Shown piece by piece: positions 38,078 through 48,139 of a stretch of 64,000 bases of DNA; position 1 is the first letter of the stretch; each line of letters starts with the position of its first letter. The position numbers and the translations under genes were made by a program. The notes beneath the pieces were generated by a model that was not told where the DNA came from, did no database searches, and worked only from the letters and a program-made list of their open reading frames with translations. This DNA is from Bacteroidales bacterium (GTDB lineage: Bacteria; Bacteroidota; Bacteroidia; Bacteroidales; VadinHA17). Where the stretch lies: assembly GCA_030596125.1 (NCBI GenBank), contig JAUVKT010000002.1, positions 8,011 through 72,010 on the forward strand, read 5' to 3'.

Positions 38078-40712
38078 TAAGGTAATTTTCAAGAAAGAAC
38101 AGATGATATTTTTCGGAATCCTTTTCAGTAATAAATATTTTGAGGTTATCATCAGATATTATGAAAGCTATTACCTCACTATTGTCTGTATTGCTTAGTA
38201 TGGCTTTTGGGTCGAACATATGATAATACCCGGTTGCTGTTTCACTGTTTTCAAAGGTTCCAACGGTTATCATCAGGTATAAATCATCGACAAGCTCACC
38301 TTTGGTACTGTAATTTTCGTTGGTGAAGTTATCGATATTGAAGTTGATCACATCAAATGTAAGCCTGTTGATATCCAGGTCTCTGTTTTTAATTATCAGC
38401 ACAAAAGAGTGCTGTCCTTCAGAACTGGCAGAATATATCTTTCTTGCAATTTCTTTTTGTTCCTCTATTTTAAGTTCGGGAACTTTCTTGTTTAACCAGG
38501 CAATCAGTTCTTCGGCCCGTCTGCTCTCATCGGTATCAGGGAACAGGCGCACAATCTTATTCAGTTCTGCTTTAAGGCTTCTCTCATCGATATTTTTTGC
38601 CAGTGCATAAGTGCGTAAAAGCATAAACCTGGCAGTCAGTTTGCCCTCGGGAAACTGTTCAAGAGCAGAGTCGCAAATTGATATAGTGAGTTCATAATCT
38701 TCGTTTTCCCAGGCTGTATAGGCGCTGTTATATATAAATTCTTCCCTCTCCGATTTTTTAATCATAGACTGGAAATAGTCAGGGTCTGAAAGAATCATGG
38801 CATACTCTGTTTCCGGGAACCGTGTTATAAGTCTGTTTTTATGGATCTCTGCAAGGGATCTGTTAATATCGATGTTAAGGTTGTGAAGGTTATATAGTGC
38901 CGGAGGAATCAGATCATGATCAGGAAATCGCTCAATGAGGCTGTTATAAGTTTCGTTTGCCTTAACGGGGTCCTTAATACGGTCGGCAAATATCTTGCTT
39001 GCATTAAACAGAGCTCCGGCAATTTTATCATTTGAGATATTGATAAGAGAATCGGTAAGGGGAAGATCATTTCTGTAAAACTCAGGTGATTTGTTATCAA
39101 GGGTTGTTGCCGTTGAATCTGAAGGATCCTGAAGGTTGTCAATTGACTCCGTATCAAAATTCATTGTGGATTTATTGGACCTTCTCCAGTTGTCTTCCAG
39201 CTTTCTTTGCCCCCATCTGTTACGGAACTCAGACCTTCCGAAAGTGAGGGCTGCCTGGTTATAAAAATACCACTTACCGCTGGCGTCTATATTATCCCTG
39301 AATCTTCTCTGGTTTTCATAGAATTCTCCCATATTATACCGGTCATCAGTCTGAGTTTCACGCGCCCTTTCTTCTTCTTCTATTTGTCTGATTATTTCAT
39401 TTATAAGGGATTCTCTCTTTGCTTCAGGAAGTGAAGCAACATATTGCAGGCTGTCTTCCCTGTCTATTACATTAAGATTAACGGACAGTTCATTCAGGTT
39501 AAGTGATCTTTCATAGAATTCATTATAACCGGGGTATTTATTATCCAGGAAAATGACAGCACTGTCATAATAAACCTGAGAGATCCGGTAATCATATTTG
39601 TTAAAAAAATGATCTGCCAGAACGAGGTATGATTTTCCTTTCTGATTTGTGTTGGTAGTACTTGCAGAAGCTGATTTTCGCATATAATCAATTGCTTCTT
39701 CTATATTTCCCTCTCTCATCGAGAGGTTTCCCAGGGCATAATAGATCAGGTCATGATATTCCTTGTTTTTCGCATCTTTTAAAAGCTTGTTCAGTTCCCT
39801 GCTAATTTCATCTGAGTTACCGGTTGATACATCAAACACACCAGCCTGGTTTATTTTCGCATTAAACTCGAGTTCATATGGAGGATTTAATTTTAATACC
39901 TCCTTATAGTAATTACCTGCATCAGCGCTTCTGTCAGTCTCCTCGTATAATCTTGCCAGTATATATGTTTGCCTGTTCTTAGGAGATTTTCCGGTCATAT
40001 TTTCAAGGGCAGAGGAGAGTGGGGGTATGGCCTCATTATATTTTCGCTGTTTCATATATATGTCGGCCCTGGTAAGGTAAAATTCTGAAAGCAGCTTTTT
40101 GGACAGGGGGCCTGTTTCCATTTCGGTTAGCAGTCTCATACTTTCATAATAGTCACCTGCTTCGGCTATTGCACGTGCGAGCCAGATTGTACTTTCAGCT
40201 TTAATAACCGGATCGTGTGACTCTCTGATATTATGAAGAAAAGTAATCCTTGCTCCACTGAAATCATGTTTCATGATCTGAGCTTTTCCCATAAGAAGAT
40301 AACTGTCATCTACCCAGTCGTTATAGTCATTCCTTGAGAACATCTCTTTTTCTTTTTCACTAAGCGGCTGGTTATTTTTTCTCTCAGGTTTAGCAGTAAT
40401 GGAGTGAAGGTGGATTAATTTACCGGCTTTTTGAATAGCTCTGTCCATATCCGATGAGGCGGAAGAAATTGCATCGGGATTACTATACTCAAATAGTGAC
40501 ATAATGGTGGTATAATCATCTCTGTGTGATTTTGTTATACTCTCCATGCCATGTAAATAGCTTTCAATACCGTTAAAGTAGATATTGTAATGTGAGGTAA
40601 GGTTATGATAGAACCGGCTCATGTTGGTGTTTTTCTCAACCGAACATGAATATCCCATTACCAGAATTACCAATAAGAGGAAGCCTTTATATGACTTAAT
40701 ACCTTCTATCAA
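38067..40712 (-). CDS. sprE: TPR-repeat lipoprotein, SprE/PorW-like T9SS component
   Basis: Lipobox LVMGYSC, the N-terminal FYHNLTSHYNIYFNG motif I associate with SprE/PorW, and multiple TPR-like repeats. 881 aa with a TTG start at 40712. Confidence 0.6.
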   Translation of the reverse strand: MIEGIKSYKGFLLLVILVMGYSCSVEKNTNMSRFYHNLTSHYNIYFNGIESYLHGMESITKSHRDDYTTIMSLFEYSNPDAISSASSDMDRAIQKAGKLIHLHSITAKPERKNNQPLSEKEKEMFSRNDYNDWVDDSYLLMGKAQIMKHDFSGARITFLHNIRESHDPVIKAESTIWLARAIAEAGDYYESMRLLTEMETGPLSKKLLSEFYLTRADIYMKQRKYNEAIPPLSSALENMTGKSPKNRQTYILARLYEETDRSADAGNYYKEVLKLNPPYELEFNAKINQAGVFDVSTGNSDEISRELNKLLKDAKNKEYHDLIYYALGNLSMREGNIEEAIDYMRKSASASTTNTNQKGKSYLVLADHFFNKYDYRISQVYYDSAVIFLDNKYPGYNEFYERSLNLNELSVNLNVIDREDSLQYVASLPEAKRESLINEIIRQIEEEERARETQTDDRYNMGEFYENQRRFRDNIDASGKWYFYNQAALTFGRSEFRNRWGQRKLEDNWRRSNKSTMNFDTESIDNLQDPSDSTATTLDNKSPEFYRNDLPLTDSLINISNDKIAGALFNASKIFADRIKDPVKANETYNSLIERFPDHDLIPPALYNLHNLNIDINRSLAEIHKNRLITRFPETEYAMILSDPDYFQSMIKKSEREEFIYNSAYTAWENEDYELTISICDSALEQFPEGKLTARFMLLRTYALAKNIDERSLKAELNKIVRLFPDTDESRRAEELIAWLNKKVPELKIEEQKEIARKIYSASSEGQHSFVLIIKNRDLDINRLTFDVINFNIDNFTNENYSTKGELVDDLYLMITVGTFENSETATGYYHMFDPKAILSNTDNSEVIAFIISDDNLKIFITEKDSEKYHLFFLENYLMKK

Positions 40713-40789
40713 ACCGGTTTGTTTATACTATAAACTGACTCTCTGAGTATATAGTATATTAAGGGATTAAAAGTAACGATTATATTGCT

Positions 40790-41035
40790 CTATACGGCAA
40801 CGACCTCAACAATTTCAGGGATCTCTTTTATCAGAGTTTGCTCTACACCTCCCTTTAATGTCTGGACGCTATATGGACATCCGGCGCATGCGCCTGTAAA
40901 TTTTACTTCCACCTTATAATTATCGGTCAGGTTAATTAGTTCAATATCCCCGCCATCGGCCTGAAGGTAAGGCCTGATCTTGTCAAGTGAAATTTTCACT
41001 TTATTGAGAAGTATCTCTTTTTCAGCAGCGTTCAT
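40790..41035 (-). CDS. NifU/Nfu-type Fe-S cluster scaffold domain protein
   Basis: 81 aa with the CxxC motif GACAGCP. Confidence 0.88.
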   Translation of the reverse strand: MNAAEKEILLNKVKISLDKIRPYLQADGGDIELINLTDNYKVEVKFTGACAGCPYSVQTLKGGVEQTLIKEIPEIVEVVAV

Positions 41036-41039
41036 ATTC

Positions 41040-42146
41040 TTATTTTTGATTTATTATTACCCTTTTTGTCGGGTCCATTATTTTATTTCTCTTATCGGTC
41101 TCTTTTACAAGCTTATCAACCATTTTTTCAAATGAGACAGCCGTTTCATTTTCATTAAGTGCTACAGGGATTCCTGTATCTCCGCTTTCGCAGATACTTT
41201 GTACAAGAGGAATTTGCCCGAGCAGGGGGATATCCATTTTGGAGGCAAGGTCTTTACATCCATCCTTACCGAAAATATAGTACTTGTTATCAGGCAGTTC
41301 GGCAGGCGTGAACCATGCCATATTTTCTACCAGGCCAAGAACCGGAACATTAATCTTATCGGTCCTGAACATTGAAATTCCCTTAATGGCATCAGCAAGT
41401 GCAACATCCTGTGGTGTACTGACTATTACAGCTCCGGTAACACCAACCTCCTGTACGAGGGTAAGATGGATATCACTTGTTCCCGGAGGCAGATCCACTA
41501 ATAGAAAATCCAGTTCACCCCAATCACCCTGTTCGATCATCTGCTTCAGAAAATTTGAGGCCATTGGTCCTCTCCAGATAACAGCATCCCTGGGGTCAAC
41601 AAAAAATCCTACAGAGAGAACCTTAATTCCATGCTTCTCCATTGGAACTATAAGCTCTTTACCTCCCTCATTTTTAATATCGGGTCTGTAGTTTTCGGCA
41701 CTGAACATTTTTGGTATTGAGGGCCCGAAAATATCAGCATCAAGAAGTCCTGTTGCATAACCCTGTTTGGCAAGTGTTATTGCTGTATTAACTGCAACAG
41801 TTGATTTTCCAACACCACCTTTGCCCGAGGCAATAGCAATAATATTTTTCACACCCGGTAACATATTTGATTCAAGTTTTCCGGTGGCGATCTTTGGCGG
41901 GGGAGGAGTTAACAGATCAATCTCCAACACTGTAGTGTCGGCACCAAAACTCTTTTTAATGGCCTGAACACAAGCATGTTTCAGGGATGATATGACAGGA
42001 TCTTTCTGTTTGTTTGATTTAAGAGTGATCTTTATTCCTTTTTTGGTCGATTTCACGGAATCTACCATACCCATCGTAACTATATCTTTTCCCCCGGGGT
42101 AAACAACCCCGGAAAGGGCTTCCAGTATTTCTTTTTCGCTATACAT
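41040..42146 (-). CDS. apbC: Mrp/NBP35-family Fe-S cluster carrier ATPase (ApbC)
   Basis: Deviant Walker A ASGKGGVGKST and an N-terminal DUF59-like domain. 368 aa. Confidence 0.92.
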   Translation of the reverse strand: MYSEKEILEALSGVVYPGGKDIVTMGMVDSVKSTKKGIKITLKSNKQKDPVISSLKHACVQAIKKSFGADTTVLEIDLLTPPPPKIATGKLESNMLPGVKNIIAIASGKGGVGKSTVAVNTAITLAKQGYATGLLDADIFGPSIPKMFSAENYRPDIKNEGGKELIVPMEKHGIKVLSVGFFVDPRDAVIWRGPMASNFLKQMIEQGDWGELDFLLVDLPPGTSDIHLTLVQEVGVTGAVIVSTPQDVALADAIKGISMFRTDKINVPVLGLVENMAWFTPAELPDNKYYIFGKDGCKDLASKMDIPLLGQIPLVQSICESGDTGIPVALNENETAVSFEKMVDKLVKETDKRNKIMDPTKRVIINQK

Positions 42147-42229
42147 CTCTCTCTTATTTGCTTATTTATATTTGATTTAAATAATGAGGTGGCAAGTTTA
42201 GCTATTTTTTTTTTATTAAGGACAAAAAT

Positions 42230-42568
42230 TCAACCTATTTCTATTGAAGGATCCCAAAATACCTGGTTAAAATTGATAATACGGTCGTTTTCGATGACAG
42301 CTCCCTCATTTTCAAGTAGCTGTTGCATTGTAGTTGAATTACCAAAATGTAATTTACCTGTAAGTAGGCCGTTTCTGTTAACAACGCGGTGTGCCGGAAT
42401 AAATTTACCGGGAGTGTGGCACTTATTCATTGCCCAGCCTACCATGCGGGCTGATCTGGCTGTCCCGAGGTATCTGGCTATAGCGCCATATGAGGTAACC
42501 CTGCCATGGGGGATAAGGAGGGCCACTTCATAAACTCTTTCGAAGAAATTCCGGTTATCCATCTTCAA
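42230..42568 (-). CDS. MGMT-family DNA-binding protein lacking the acceptor cysteine (alkyltransferase-like, ATL)
   Basis: It has the helix-turn-helix region GRVTSYGAIARYLG. The PCHR motif reads IPAHRVVN (Cys->Ala). 112 aa. Confidence 0.85.
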   Translation of the reverse strand: MKMDNRNFFERVYEVALLIPHGRVTSYGAIARYLGTARSARMVGWAMNKCHTPGKFIPAHRVVNRNGLLTGKLHFGNSTTMQQLLENEGAVIENDRIINFNQVFWDPSIEIG

Positions 42569-43262
42569 TGCTTATTTCTTCGATTTTGGTATCGGGCTTA
42601 AGTTTAAAACAGGTGTAGGTTATCTTTTTTCCATCATTCAGGAATAATTGCTCATAGAATGTGCGGATAGACAGTAAATCATTCTCGTAATTTCCGGAGT
42701 AGAGATCGCTTGTTGAGGTAATGACCTCGAGTTTGTTATGTTTGAGAAGCTTATTGGTATAGTTGTACAGTTCCCTGCTGTCTGTTTTGAGATGAATCAA
42801 ACCATCTTCTTTCAGAAATGTTCTGTAATGATTCAGGAACCGTGCTCCTGTAAGTCTTTTTTTGTTTCTGCGTTTTCTTATCTGAGGATCGGGAAAAGTT
42901 ATCCAAATCTCGTCAATCTCGTTTATCGAAAAGAAAGACTCAATAAGTTCAATCCTTGTTCTGAGGAAGCCCACATTCTTTAAGTTTTCCTCAAAGGCTG
43001 TTTTAGCCCCTTTCCACATTCTGGCGCCTTTAATATCGATTCCGAGAAAATTTTTCTCAGGAAAAGAGCGTGCAAGCCCGGTTGTATATTCTCCTTTTCC
43101 GCACCCAAGTTCAAGAATAATGGGGTTGCTGTTTTTAAAAAAGTTGCTGTTCCACCGTCCTTTTAACAGGTAATCTTTCCTGAAAACATCCTCAAACAGG
43201 GGCTGTATAACATGTTTGTATCCATCCATCTCAGCCCATCTATGAAGTTTATTCTTGCCCAA
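42555..43262 (-). CDS. trmB: tRNA (guanine46-N7)-methyltransferase
   Basis: SAM motif ILELGCGKGEY and FPDPQ. 235 aa. Confidence 0.93.
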   Translation of the reverse strand: MGKNKLHRWAEMDGYKHVIQPLFEDVFRKDYLLKGRWNSNFFKNSNPIILELGCGKGEYTTGLARSFPEKNFLGIDIKGARMWKGAKTAFEENLKNVGFLRTRIELIESFFSINEIDEIWITFPDPQIRKRRNKKRLTGARFLNHYRTFLKEDGLIHLKTDSRELYNYTNKLLKHNKLEVITSTSDLYSGNYENDLLSIRTFYEQLFLNDGKKITYTCFKLKPDTKIEEISIEDG

Positions 43263-43268
43263 ACCGGT

Positions 43269-43766
43269 TTAGTTTGCTTTTTCCGATATAATAATTTTCA
43301 TCCCTACATTCATAATTCCATCCAGGTCATCCACCCGCATTCCCTGTTCGATTCTGAATCGGTAGGTTCCGCTCACAGGGAACAGTACATTTGATTTATA
43401 GGGCAGGGAAAGGTCATGGATATCACCGAGCCCCTTTCCAATCCATCTTCCTGATTCATCGGTGATATTATATTCAATTGTATCTTTAATATTATTCCCT
43501 TCGGGGGATGTTGTTGTGACAAAAAGAAAGATGTTCCTGAATGGGTAATTATGGGTATTGCGTAATGTAATGTAGATATCACAATGTTGCAGAGTATCAA
43601 TGATTTCGGTCCGGAAAACAGGCTTGTTGTATCTGTTCCAGCTATTACCCGGGATCTCCTCAGTAGCAGTGTAAAGATTATCAGAATTGCAGGAGATGAA
43701 TATAGTAATGGTTATAAGTGCAAGGAGCACTATAGATCTTGCCCCTGACCTATTTCCTTCTGTCAT
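43269..43766 (-). CDS. gldH: Gliding motility lipoprotein GldH
   Basis: Lipobox TIFISC. It has the YPFRNIFLFV... and ...GTYRFRIEQGMR...L.G...VG motifs as remembered for GldH, and the usual position after a PSP1-domain gene. Confidence 0.85.
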   Translation of the reverse strand: MTEGNRSGARSIVLLALITITIFISCNSDNLYTATEEIPGNSWNRYNKPVFRTEIIDTLQHCDIYITLRNTHNYPFRNIFLFVTTTSPEGNNIKDTIEYNITDESGRWIGKGLGDIHDLSLPYKSNVLFPVSGTYRFRIEQGMRVDDLDGIMNVGMKIIISEKAN

Positions 43767-44901
43767 TACGTTTGTTTTTTCTTTTATTACGGTATCTGTT
43801 GTTACGCTTTTTATCGCTTTTGCTCTCGAACCTCGTCAAGCTCTCTTTTCCCGCAGTATTTTCAAAACTATGTTCCGTAACAGCTTTATAAGTATCCACG
43901 GCAAGTTTTTGCGGTTTTTTACTGTTACGGTTCAGCTTTTGAATTTCATCAACCCTTTCAACTGTCACAGAAGTAAAATTAACAATCGAATTTTGATCGA
44001 AAGAGTACCAGTATACCTCTTTATGTACCTCTGATTTAACAAAATATGCAGTTCCCTCCTCCGTTTCGAGAGGGATCTCTTTTGGGGGGAATTTTTTTTG
44101 TTTATCAACGTAACTGTCAAGCTCGTAATTAAGGCAACATTTAAGCTTGCCACATTGTCCGGCGAGCTTTTGAGGGTTGAGTGTTAACTCCTGTAATCTT
44201 GCATGGGCGGTGGTAACAGAAACAAAATTTTTCATATGTGATGAGCAGCATAATTCTCTGCCGCATGAACCAATACCTCCGATTCTGCCTGCCTCCTGTC
44301 TCGCTCCTATTTGTCTCATTTCAATCCTGACACAGAACTTTTCAGCCAGGGTTTTTATAAGTTGCCTGAAATCTACCCTGTCATCGGCTATATAGTAGAA
44401 AATGGCTTTTGTTTTGTCGCCCTGGTATTCAACATCACCGATTTTCATATTAAGACCAAGCTCTTCCGCAATTTTTCTCGACTCAAGCATTGTTGAAACT
44501 TCCATTGATTTTGCCTCTCCCCATTTTTCAATGTCAACGGGTTTTGCCTTCCTGTAGATCTTTTTATAATCTTCATCGGGCAAAGGGCTTTTCTGGCATT
44601 TCATCTGATATTTAACCAGTTTGCCAACCATCGAAACTCTTCCGATATCATGACCGGGAGAAGCTTCAACTGCAACAATGTCTCCGATATCAAGGCGGAG
44701 ATCATTCACATTTCTGTAAAATCCTTTTCGTGTATTTTTAAAACGGACTTCCAGAATTTCATTATTGGTGTTATCAGACGGGAGTCTTGCTAACCAGTTA
44801 ATTGAATTTAATTTGTAATGTCCCGGAATATATTTTGTATCTGACTGATCAGGTCTTCCTGGCCGGTCATTGTTATTCTCTTCACTCTCCTTCATCAGCA
44901 T
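43750..44901 (-). CDS. ricT: PSP1-domain protein (RicT-like) with a Lys/Arg-rich C-terminal tail
   Basis: PSP1 core (...DVEYQGDKTKAIFYY..., Cys-rich GSCGRELCCSSH..., CGKLKCCLNYE). The tail is SKSDKKRNNRYRNKRKNKRNDRRK. It overlaps the gldH start by 17 nt. Confidence 0.88.
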   Translation of the reverse strand: MLMKESEENNNDRPGRPDQSDTKYIPGHYKLNSINWLARLPSDNTNNEILEVRFKNTRKGFYRNVNDLRLDIGDIVAVEASPGHDIGRVSMVGKLVKYQMKCQKSPLPDEDYKKIYRKAKPVDIEKWGEAKSMEVSTMLESRKIAEELGLNMKIGDVEYQGDKTKAIFYYIADDRVDFRQLIKTLAEKFCVRIEMRQIGARQEAGRIGGIGSCGRELCCSSHMKNFVSVTTAHARLQELTLNPQKLAGQCGKLKCCLNYELDSYVDKQKKFPPKEIPLETEEGTAYFVKSEVHKEVYWYSFDQNSIVNFTSVTVERVDEIQKLNRNSKKPQKLAVDTYKAVTEHSFENTAGKESLTRFESKSDKKRNNRYRNKRKNKRNDRRK

Positions 44902-45017
44902 GTTCTTTAAACCCCTTTAAGAGTACAGGGGTGGATTTATATTGGATCTGTTTTATTTTCTGACCAACAAATTTAGTTTATTTTGACTTAAATTCAATTA
45001 TTTATAACAGGCAGACG

Positions 45018-46145
45018 TTACCTGATTAGCTTTATTACATTAATTGCCATATCGAGAAAGATGATTTTGGCATTGCCGTTAGCTGAAATATGGATATGTG
45101 CCTTTGAAAATTGATCGGCCAGGGGGGCTATATTCTTTTTGTTTATGACGGAGTTGAAATTGGTGGCAAACTCTGCCTCTTTATCAGACAGGAAACCCAG
45201 GTTTTTGTCTGCCATGCCAATGTTTAGCATATAATTTTCACGAAGCTGCTCAAGTGAAAAAGTAAGGAATCGTTTTTGAACTTCTCTGCCGGTAGCAGCG
45301 ATCTCTTCCGACCATTCTGAAATAGCCGGGATATTCCTTAACCAGGAGAGTCTCATAAGATCGATGAATCTTTTGAGGTTGGCAGAGCGTGATTCATCTT
45401 CAATAATAAAGCTTACGGCTTTAAGGTAGTTGCCGTTCGCTGAATTTGCAATGTCTTTTGCTTTTGGTCCGGGCATATCAAATTTTACAGAGATGGCAGT
45501 TGTTAGATCTTTAGTGTTGATTAAGGGGATTCTGATAAACTGGCACCTCGACATTATAGTCGGTAAAATTAATTCCGGCTCTTCTGAAACGAGCAGGAAG
45601 AGAGTCTTATCAGGTGGCTCTTCAATCATTTTGAGTAGCTTGTTGGCAGTGGAATGATGCATCTTTTCGGGAAGCCAGATGATCATCGTTTTGTAATCAG
45701 ATTCGTATGTTTTAAGGGCCAGTTTTTTAATTATCTCATTTGCCTCCGCAGCATAAATTAGCCCCTGCTCATTTTCAACATCAATCTTTTTCAGCCATCT
45801 GTTCAGGTTAAAATAGGGCGATTCAGCTACCATCTCCCTCCACTTATCAATAAAATGGCTGCTTATAACTTCGCCTGCTTTTCCCTTTTTAAATACAGGA
45901 AAAACAAAATGGAGATCAGGGTGGATCAGTTTTTCGAATTTTGCACATGACGGACAAACGCCACAGGAGTCATTATCTGATCTGTTCTCACAACTGATAT
46001 ACTGTGCGAAAGCAATTGCGATCGACAGCTTCCCTGTTCCTTCAGGGCCTGCAAAAATCTGGGCATGACTCACTCTCTCCTCCTTAACTGACCTGACAAG
46101 GTTGGAGATGATTGGTTTCTGCCCTATTATATCGTTAAATTTCAT
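45018..46145 (-). CDS. holB: DNA polymerase III subunit delta'
   Basis: AAA+-like GPEGTGK and Zn module CGVCPSCAKF. 375 aa. Confidence 0.9.
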   Translation of the reverse strand: MKFNDIIGQKPIISNLVRSVKEERVSHAQIFAGPEGTGKLSIAIAFAQYISCENRSDNDSCGVCPSCAKFEKLIHPDLHFVFPVFKKGKAGEVISSHFIDKWREMVAESPYFNLNRWLKKIDVENEQGLIYAAEANEIIKKLALKTYESDYKTMIIWLPEKMHHSTANKLLKMIEEPPDKTLFLLVSEEPELILPTIMSRCQFIRIPLINTKDLTTAISVKFDMPGPKAKDIANSANGNYLKAVSFIIEDESRSANLKRFIDLMRLSWLRNIPAISEWSEEIAATGREVQKRFLTFSLEQLRENYMLNIGMADKNLGFLSDKEAEFATNFNSVINKKNIAPLADQFSKAHIHISANGNAKIIFLDMAINVIKLIR

Positions 46146-46146
46146 T

Positions 46147-46159
46147 TTGGGGAGAAGAA
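46147..46159 (+). repeat. Solitary copy of repeat module E (TTGGGGAGAAGAA)
   Basis: It matches 13 of the 14 nt of GTTGGGGAGAAGAA from arrays B and D. It lies 1 nt upstream of the holB ATG on the opposite strand and 177 nt upstream of the pgk ATG. A short match like this could be chance. Confidence 0.4.
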
Positions 46160-46336
46160 TGATACAGATGACAAAAATAGAAAATTACATTCTATTTTAC
46201 CTAAAAAAACGTAGGTTTGTAAATTGATAAATATTTGGAAAATTCATTCTCTGATGAGTAATATGATAACTTATTTTTACACGATGCAGGGAAACAGAAG
46301 CTATTCCATTGTGGTATAAATTTAAATTAAGATTAA

Positions 46337-47533
46337 ATGAAAAGCATTGACAACTATAATTTTGCAGGAAAAAAAGTAATTGTAAGGGTGGATTTTAATG
46401 TCCCTCTCGATTCAGATTTAAAAGTAACTGATAACACAAGAATACGGGGGGCGCTGCCTACAATCATGAAGATTACCAGTGACGGCGGATCGGCTATACT
46501 TATGTCACACCTGGGACGTCCCAAAGAGGGTCCGGAAGATAAATTTTCATTAAAGCATGTTATTCCTGAACTCTCTTCATTAACAGGTAAGGATATCCTG
46601 TTTGCCGATGATTGCCTTGGGGATAAAACCATAGAGATGAAGAAAAACCTCAATCCCGGGGAAATACTTGTCCTTGAAAATCTTCGTTTCTACAAGGAGG
46701 AGGCAAAAGGGGATGAGCAGTTTGCCCGCAGCCTTGCAGAGGGGTGTGATGTTTATGTGAATGATGCTTTCGGAACGGCACACAGGGCTCATGCATCTAC
46801 TACAATTATTGCCCGGTTCTTTCCTGTTGAGAAACTTTTTGGATTCCTTATTAACAGTGAACTGAAGAGCATGGATAGGGTAGTTAACGATTCGGAAAAA
46901 CCATGTACAGCTATTATGGGAGGAGCTAAGGTGTCAGATAAGATACTGATAATAAAAAATCTTCTTGACAGGGTCGATCATCTTATTATTGGAGGCGGGA
47001 TGGCATATACATTTATGAAAGCCATGGGTGGTAAAATAGGTAATTCATTATGTGAAGAAGATAAGCTGGATCTTGCCCTTGAAATAATTGATGAAGCAAA
47101 AAGGAAAAATGTTAAACTGCATCTTCCGGTTGATAGTGTAAACGCAGATAGATTTGATGCAGAAGCTAATGTATCATTATCGGCAGCAGATAATGTTTCA
47201 GATGGATGGATGGGCCTTGATATAGGTGTAGAAACAATAGCTGATTTTTCTAATATTATTCAATCATCAAAGACCATTCTGTGGAATGGCCCGATGGGTG
47301 TTTTTGAGATGGAGAAGTTTTCAAAAGGAACCAGCGAGATTGCAAAAGCAATTGCTGTAGCAACTGAAAAGGGAGCATTCAGCCTGATAGGTGGTGGCGA
47401 TTCAGTAGCTGCCATTAATAAGAATAAACTGGCTGATAGAGTTAGTTATGTGTCAACAGGTGGAGGTGCAATGCTGGAGTACCTGGAAGGTAAAGTGTTG
47501 CCCGGAATTGCTGCAATCAGGAGCAACAGTTAA
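46337..47533 (+). CDS. pgk: Phosphoglycerate kinase
   Basis: [12 protein letters not shown] and STGGGA motifs. 398 aa. Confidence 0.97.
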   Translation: MKSIDNYNFAGKKVIVRVDFNVPLDSDLKVTDNTRIRGALPTIMKITSDGGSAILMSHLGRPKEGPEDKFSLKHVIPELSSLTGKDILFADDCLGDKTIEMKKNLNPGEILVLENLRFYKEEAKGDEQFARSLAEGCDVYVNDAFGTAHRAHASTTIIARFFPVEKLFGFLINSELKSMDRVVNDSEKPCTAIMGGAKVSDKILIIKNLLDRVDHLIIGGGMAYTFMKAMGGKIGNSLCEEDKLDLALEIIDEAKRKNVKLHLPVDSVNADRFDAEANVSLSAADNVSDGWMGLDIGVETIADFSNIIQSSKTILWNGPMGVFEMEKFSKGTSEIAKAIAVATEKGAFSLIGGGDSVAAINKNKLADRVSYVSTGGGAMLEYLEGKVLPGIAAIRSNS

Positions 47534-47605
47534 CAACTCCGGTTTTTCAGGATCCGGACCTGATAAAGTTAGATGTTTTATATCTCAATCTTAAAAAATA
47601 CGGAA

Positions 47606-48139
47606 ATGAGAGAGGTAATAACACCGGTTCTGTTTTTTGTTTTAATGTTCTCTTTTACAGGGTGTACAAAAGATAATGAGATACTGGATTATGGTACCGA
47701 TACGATTGACAATATCATATACGGAACAACTCTTTATTATGCAATAGGATTTTCATTTGAACTTGGCGCGCTGGTTCAAACGAATAAAATACCTGAACCT
47801 GATATAACAGTTCATGTCAATGCTTCGCCTCCGTCATTGTCGGCTTACCTCGATACTCCCAACCACATGGAATCGTATGCTCTTTTGTCAGAGAATGACA
47901 GTGAAGCAGATGCGAAAACCTTTTTTGATTCATTTTTGGAGGTAGGGTCTTATAGCTGGGATCTTTTCGCCGTCAACATCAGGGAGAATCAGGTTTGGCT
48001 TTTTAAAACCCGCGAAGGGAATTATGTAAAATTCAGAATAATTGATCTTATAGTGGAGGAGACATCAGGTCTTCCATATACCCAGGTGACTTTTGAATGG
48101 CGGATACAGAGAGACGGATCAACTATATTCACCAAATGA
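47606..48139 (+). CDS. Hypothetical lipoprotein
   Basis: The start is ATG 47606 (MREVITPVLFFVLMFSFTGC lipobox). I recognise no family. The stop overlaps the next gene's start (ATGA). Confidence 0.65.
   Translation: MREVITPVLFFVLMFSFTGCTKDNEILDYGTDTIDNIIYGTTLYYAIGFSFELGALVQTNKIPEPDITVHVNASPPSLSAYLDTPNHMESYALLSENDSEADAKTFFDSFLEVGSYSWDLFAVNIRENQVWLFKTREGNYVKFRIIDLIVEETSGLPYTQVTFEWRIQRDGSTIFTK

Noticed and set aside
37894-38085. 63-aa plus-strand ORF (MRISLFIFDYQILSFYNLFTLNFFSTLVTF...).
   Set aside because: Its translation is low-complexity F/S/L/T sequence produced by reading through repeat array D. It overlaps the porX start and the sprE-like stop on the other strand, so it is almost certainly spurious.
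46170-46200. Hairpin AAATAGAA...TTCTATTT upstream of pgk as a terminator.
   Set aside because: It lies between divergent gene starts (holB and pgk), so there is no transcript to terminate. It is AT-only and weak, and possibly just AT-rich promoter DNA.
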